From contig NW_021825791.1 in NCBI RefSeq assembly GCF_006345805.1, positions 1-14,418 on the forward strand: DNA of 14,418 bases. Direction: 5' to 3'. The notes under the pieces were generated by a model. That model saw only the letters and a list, made by a program, of their open reading frames with translations. It was not told the origin of the DNA and ran no database searches. This stretch comes from Octopus sinensis. Lineage: Eukaryota. Both the position numbers and the translations under genes were made by a program. This document shows positions 9,564 to 14,418 of this stretch, piece after piece (position 1 is the first letter of the stretch; the number at the start of each line of letters is the position of its first letter).

Positions 9564-9596
<33 letters not shown>

Positions 9597-9601
9597 TGTG
9601 T
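9563..9601. repeat. (TG)n microsatellite
   Basis: Seen directly. Confidence 0.9.
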
Positions 9602-9925
9602 TAGACAACATCAGTCTCTTAGTCTGGAGTAATTACGTCATAACCAACAAAAAGAACTATCAATAGATACGATTGGAGCATTTTCTCACGCTTTAATTGC
9701 GCCAACTCTACAACTGACGCTACAATTAAATTCTAATTGATATTATATAACTTCGCAGGAGTGGCTGTGTGGTAAGTAGCTTGTTTACCAACCACATGGT
9801 TCCGGGTTCAGTCCCACTGCGTGGCACCTTGGGTAAGTGTCTTCTACTATAGCCTCGGGCCGACCAAAGCCTTGTGAGTGGATTTGGTAGTGAGACGGAA
9901 AAAAATGAAAGAAGCCCGTCGTATA

Positions 9926-10486
9926 CACTTGGTCGGAAATTAATTAGCACTTCTCAAATTTCTACATTTTCTTACATTTTCTTAATTTAATTAATTTATT
10001 ATCAGAAACGAACTCGTTTTTAATCAAAAATTTATTAAAAACAATCCCAGCACACCACATAATGTTATTAATCGTGAAATTAGTCAATATCTTGTTGCAC
10101 CTCCTTTGGCAGCAATGACAGCTGCCTACGCGGGTCGGCATGCTGTCTATGAGTGCCTGCAGGTACTGTGCAGGGATGGCCCCTCATGCACCAAGAAGTG
10201 CCCCAAACAGCTCGTGTCGGTTCCTGTATTGCTGCACATTCAAATCCCTACCAATCGACTCCAGAGGTTCTCAATAGGGTTCAGGTCAGGTGACTGGCTA
10301 GCACGTACTCCTCGCCACCAAAGAGGATCCCGTACTATCTCAACGTACTTTGCTGCGTTGATGTTGCTTCGACGGCATAGAGCCGCCCAACACCACTGTA
10401 GCTGAACGCCCCTCACACCATCAGACCACCCCCACCATGCTCATGGTGAGCAAATCAAGGGTGCTAATTAATTTCTGACGGTAGTG
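9926..10486 (-). mobile_element. Internally deleted Tc1-family DNA transposon, 561 bp
   Basis: Imperfect TIRs CACTTGGTCGGAAATTAATTAGCAC (9926-9950) and, reverse-complemented, CACTACCGTCAGAAATTAATTAGCAC (10461-10486). TA on both flanks (9924-25, 10487-88). Confidence 0.92.
10084..10442 (-). pseudogene. Tc1 transposase C-terminal relic
   Basis: HGGGGLMV*GAFSYSGVG.. and INAAKYVEI; SPDLNPIENLW (10293-10261); ELFGALLGA*GAIP..LIDSMP; AVIAAKGGATRY* (ends 10084). The DNA-binding domain and the first two catalytic Asp regions are absent. Confidence 0.9.
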
Positions 10487-10493
10487 TATATGT

Positions 10494-10536
<43 letters not shown>

Positions 10537-10778
10537 ATATATATATGTATGTGTTGTGTTTGTATGTCTGTGTTGTCCCCCTAGCATTGCTTGACAACCG
10601 ATGCTGGTGTGTTTACGTCCCCGTCACTTAGCGGTTCGGCAAAAAAGAGACCGATAGAATAAGTACTGGGCTTACAAGAATAAGTCCCGGGGTCGATTTC
10701 TCGACTAAAGGCAGTGCTCCAGCATGGCCGCAGTCAAATGACTGAAACAAGTAAAAGAGTAACTTATTCATTGCTAGT

Positions 10779-11126
10779 CGTGAAAGCGCATGACTCAGTG
10801 GTTAGAGCGTCGAGCTTACGACCGTGACGTTGTGAGTTCGAATCCCGGACCAGGCTGCGTGTTGTGTTCTTGAGCAACACACTTTATTTCACGTTGCTCC
10901 AGTTCACTCAGCTGTAGAAATGAATTGCAACATCACAGGTGCGAAGCTGTATTGGCCCCTCTGCTTTTCCCTTGGATAACACTGGTGGTGTGGAGAAGGG
11001 AGGCAGTATGCATGGGCGACTGCTGGTCTTCCATAAACAACCTTGCCCGGACTTGTGCCTGGGAAGGTAACTTTCTAGGTGCAATCCCACGGTCAGTCAT
11101 GACCGAAGGTCGGGGGGGGGGTCTCA
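10779..11126 (+). mobile_element. tRNA-derived CORE-type SINE (family C)
   Basis: A box tgactcagtgg and B box gagttcgaatccc. CORE-like tgttcttgagcaacacactt...cagttcactcagctgtagaaatg. Perfect 13-bp TSD attcattgctagt (10766-10778, 11127-11139). Confidence 0.88.
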
Positions 11127-11495
11127 ATTCATTGCTAGTTGTTAAAAAAATGTCCCTATATTATGTCCCTATATTCATCTAACAAAATTAATTGATTTAG
11201 CTTGCACTTTATCAGTGTTACTGTGAATGTTAGTGTTGATTTTTTATCATTGACATATGTCAAATAGAGCCCCAAATAGAACCCCAAATCTATTTAAGCG
11301 CCTAAAGCTATTCACCACCATTATTGGTATGGACTTGCATCACAAACAATTTTGAAACTGCCGAAGATGATTATCCTGATATTTCTAATGTGCCTGACTA
11401 ACATAGAAACTTCATTATTGACTGAACTACAAGAAATTTCTGATTATATCATTGCCATTTATTAAATTAACTCTTGTTCGAAGCAGAAAAAAACA

Positions 11496-11700
11496 TATTT
11501 TTTATTACAAACCATACAACTCCAATTCACATGCAGAAAACATTTGATGGATAAATATAAAAAGTGATTCTGTTTTAAATTCAGGAAATTTTTGAATTAG
11601 TCCAGAAGTAACTTAAAATCTAATTGTGGTAAAATGGAGACTGGAAAATGTTGTTAGACTACCCCGCCCCATCACGCGAGAAAAAACCAGACTAACATTA
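11496..11700. repeat. Diverged duplicated segment, copy 1
   Basis: 11496-11576 aligns ungapped to 13921-14001 (67/81 identical by hand count). Further blocks: aaaatctaatt.tgg and gaaaaa(a)cc.gac. Confidence 0.8.
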
Positions 11701-11749
11701 TATAGATTCCTGTCTTTTGTTGTATAGTCTGACAATGTTGACTTCAAAT

Positions 11750-12190
11750 TTTAGCACAAGGCCAGCAATTTTGAGGAGTAGGTTGGTAAGTCGATATATT
11801 CACCTCAGTACTCAACTGGTACTTATTTTATCAATTACGAAAGAATGAAAAGATAAGTCGACCTCATCGGAATTTGAAATCAGAACACGGACGAAATACC
11901 TATTTCTTTTCTACCCACAAGGGGATAAACACAGAGAGGACAAACAAGGACAGACAAATGGACTAAGTCGATTACATCGACCCCAGTGCGTAACTGGTAC
12001 TTAATTTATCGACCCCGAAAGGATGAAAGGCAAAGTCGACCTCGGCAGAATTTGAACTCAGAACGTAATGGCAGACAAAATACGGCTACGCATTTCGCCC
12101 GGTGTGCTAACGTTTCTGCCAGCTCGCCGGACGAAATACCGCTAAACATTTTGTCCGGGGTGCTAACGATTCTCCTAGTGCGTCGCCCTA
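11750..12190 (-). mobile_element. Older SINE B-related copy (B', different tail) acting as insertion host
   Basis: Tail and body at 11750-11900 (sense ...aaaattgctggccttgtgctaaaatttg). Head at 12141-12190 (sense gaatcgttagcaccccggacaaaatgtttagc). Confidence 0.8.
11901..12128 (-). mobile_element. Full-length SINE B nested in B'
   Basis: Flanked by the direct repeat ggacgaaatacc (11889-11900, 12129-12140). Confidence 0.9.
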
Positions 12191-12270
12191 TAGCCTGGCA
12201 ATATTAATGACGAAGATAAGAAGCTGGTAGAGCTAAGTCAGGTGATGTAATATTTAATAACATATCTGCT

Positions 12271-12468
12271 GTCTTTCACTTGTTTCAATCATTGGACTGC
12301 AGCCATGCTGGAGTACCGCTTTGAACGGTTTAGTTGAATAATTTGCCCCCCGATACTTTTTTGTATCAGCCTCTTTTTGCCGAACAGCTAAGTTACGGGT
12401 ACATAACCATACCAACATCGGTTGTCAAATATTAGTGGAGAACAGAAACACACACACACACACATGCA

Positions 12469-12516
<48 letters not shown>

Positions 12517-12730
12517 CACACACACACACACACACATACACACACACATGCACACACACACGCACACACACACAACAAGCTTCTTTCAGTTTCCATCTAC
12601 CAGATCTACTTACAAGGTTTTAGCTGGTCTTGGATTATAATAGGCGACACTAGTCCAAAGAATCATGGAGAGGAACAGAACACGAAATCCTGAAGTTGGG
12701 AATCAAACTTCTTACCACACAGCTATACCT
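12271..12730 (-). mobile_element. SINE family A, copy 6 (diverged, expanded (CA)n centre)
   Basis: Colinear with other A copies despite many substitutions; (CA)n at about 12445-12574. Confidence 0.85.
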
Positions 12731-12746
12731 GAATTAAATCTCAATA

Positions 12747-13188
12747 GGCGCAGGAGTGGCTGCGTGGTAAGTAGTTTGCTTACCAACCACATGGTTCCGG
12801 GTTCAGTCCCACTGCGTGGCACCTTGGGCATGTGTCTTCTACTATAGCCTCGGGCCGACCAAAGCCTTGTGAGTGGATTTGGTAGACGGAAACTGAAAGA
12901 AGCCTGTCGTATATATTTATATATATATATAATATATATATATATATTATATATATATATGTGTGTTTTTGTTGTGTCTGTGTTTGTCCCCAACAACATC
13001 GCTTGACAACCGATGCTGGTGTGTGTTTACGTCCCCGTTACTTAGCGGTTCGGAAAATAGACCGATAGAATAAGTACTAGGCTTACAAAGAATAAGTCCC
13101 GGGGTCGATTTGCTCGACTAAAGGCGGTGCTCCAGCATGGCCGCAGTCAAATGACTGAAACAAGTAAAAGAGTAAAAAGAGAGAGTAA
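12747..13188 (+). mobile_element. SINE family A, copy 7 (full length)
   Basis: Head ggcgcaggagtggctgcgtgg, B box gggttcagtccc, (TA)n centre, tail gtaaaagagtaaaaagagagag. Confidence 0.93.
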
Positions 13189-13526
13189 CCACACAGTACC
13201 AATAACTAGCACCTTTCACACCAAGGGTCTCCGAGAGAAATTTTGCACGGGGAACAAGAGTGTTTTCAGGCTCCGGTGGCGAAAAGGGTTACTCAAATTT
13301 GAAGATTTAAGGTCCAAAAGAACTCAAACCCCTCAGTTTTATTTCAGTAAAACGTTAATGATATGGTACGAAGGTTTTCGTTTTCCCCTCTTCTGTGTTA
13401 TAGAACATAGTACCAGCGTACACAAAGGTGATTGACTTTAGACAGGAAGTGAGAGAGTTGTGCCCTGGAGATGAATACAATGTGTTTTACTTGTCAGTAA
13501 AATGTAATGAATAGCCAGATAAACTT

Positions 13527-13918
13527 ATTCTTTTATTTGTTTCAGTCATTTGACTGCGGCCACGCTGGAGCACCGCCTTTAGTCGAAGAAATCGACTCCA
13601 GGACTTATTCTTTGTAAGCCTAGTGCTTATTTTATCGGGACACTTTTGCCGAACGGCTAAGTTACAGGGACGTTAATACACTAACATCGGTTGTCAAGCG
13701 ATGGTGGGTGGACAAACACAGACATACAACCACACACATACACACACACACACACACACACAACGGGTTTCTTTCAGTTTCCGTCTACCAAATCCACACA
13801 CAAGGCTTTGGGCGGCCTGAAGTTATAAGTAGAAGACACTTGCCCAAGCTGTACGCAGTGGTACTGAACCCATAACTATGTGGTTGGTAAGCGAGCTACT
13901 TACCACACAGCCACTCCT
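13527..13918 (-). mobile_element. SINE family A, copy 8
   Basis: Tail ttcttttatttgtttcagtcatttgactg through head ttaccacacagccactcct. Confidence 0.9.
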
Positions 13919-13920
13919 TA

Positions 13921-14105
13921 TATTTTTCTTTACAAAACATACAACTCAAATTCACATGTAGGAAAAATTCGATGGTTAAACATAAAAACCGTTTCTGTTT
14001 CAGATGAAAAAAAGAAATAATTAGATCTAGATGTTCAAAATCTAATTATGGACGTATGGAAACTAAGAAAATGCTGATAATATGGGGGGAAAAACCTGAC
14101 AGCAT
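13921..14105. repeat. Diverged duplicated segment, copy 2
   Basis: Same-orientation homologue of 11496-11700, 2425 bp downstream. Confidence 0.8.
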
Positions 14106-14359
14106 GGTCAGATATTTGTCATATTTCTCTGTCTGAAAATATTAATGAGAAAAATAACAATGTGTTAGAGCAAGGTGAACTATTAAATATAATTTATGAA
14201 TTACATCCAGATACTTGACAGACACAAACAGTAAAGATAGACAGAAAAGAAATCGATATGTGGCGACTAAAAAACATACCCACGATGTTGCTTTAGACAT
14301 CAGCTGAAATTCAATGCAGATATATACGCACATACATAGTTACTACATACACGCATGCA

Positions 14360-14362
<3 letters not shown>

Positions 14363-14418
<56 letters not shown>
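14363..14418. repeat. (TA)n microsatellite running off the window end
   Basis: Seen directly. Confidence 0.95.

Larger units (their letters stand above)
9754..10762 (+). mobile_element. SINE family A, copy 5 (split by the Tc1 insertion)
   Basis: Head cgcaggagtggctgtgtgg...gggttcagtccc up to cccgtcgTA (9925). Resumes at TA 10487 with (TA)n and the tail ...gactgaaacaagtaaaagagtaa. Confidence 0.92.

Noticed and set aside
10106-10405. 99-aa plus-strand ORF
   Set aside because: It is the antisense shadow of the Tc1 transposase (RFSIGFRSGDW is the reverse of SPDLNPIENL).
10788-10856. tRNA gene
   Set aside because: It has A and B boxes but no acceptor stem closure and continues into a CORE domain, so it is a SINE head. 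The same applies to the A and B family heads.
13189-13435. ~80-codon open stretch on the plus strand
   Set aside because: Its start codon lies inside the SINE tail and no domain motif was recognised.
671-13918. SINE strand bias as proof of an intronic location
   Set aside because: 10 versus 4 is too small a sample to be significant; kept only as weak context.
361-14333. The listed ORFs as protein-coding genes
   Set aside because: Most are translations of microsatellites (YIYI, MYVC, HTHT, LSLS, SIYL) or recurring SINE sequence. The rest are off-frame or antisense to transposon relics, or have no recognisable motif.

Overview
Eukaryotic, AT-rich, repeat-saturated non-coding DNA. The SINE families and microsatellite density resemble octopus/cephalopod DNA (recalled, not verified). 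No host protein-coding gene, tRNA, rRNA or CRISPR array is supported. Almost all listed ORFs are microsatellite or SINE read-throughs. The window holds eight copies of a tRNA-headed SINE with a central microsatellite (family A) and five loci of a second tRNA-headed SINE (family B: one trimer, two monomers, and one B nested in an older B'). It also holds one CORE-type SINE with a 13-bp TSD, a decayed Ty3/gypsy integrase region and the 5' end of an RTE-clade LINE. A ~1.5-kb non-autonomous Helitron carries a helicase relic, and a 561-bp internally deleted Tc1 element with both TIRs sits inside a SINE. The most interesting signals are: (1) one recurrent junction suggesting SINE B inserts into its own kind at a fixed site and forms multimers; (2) two minimal type I hammerhead-ribozyme-like motifs with a compensatory stem change; (3) an unexplained diverged ~200-bp duplication.
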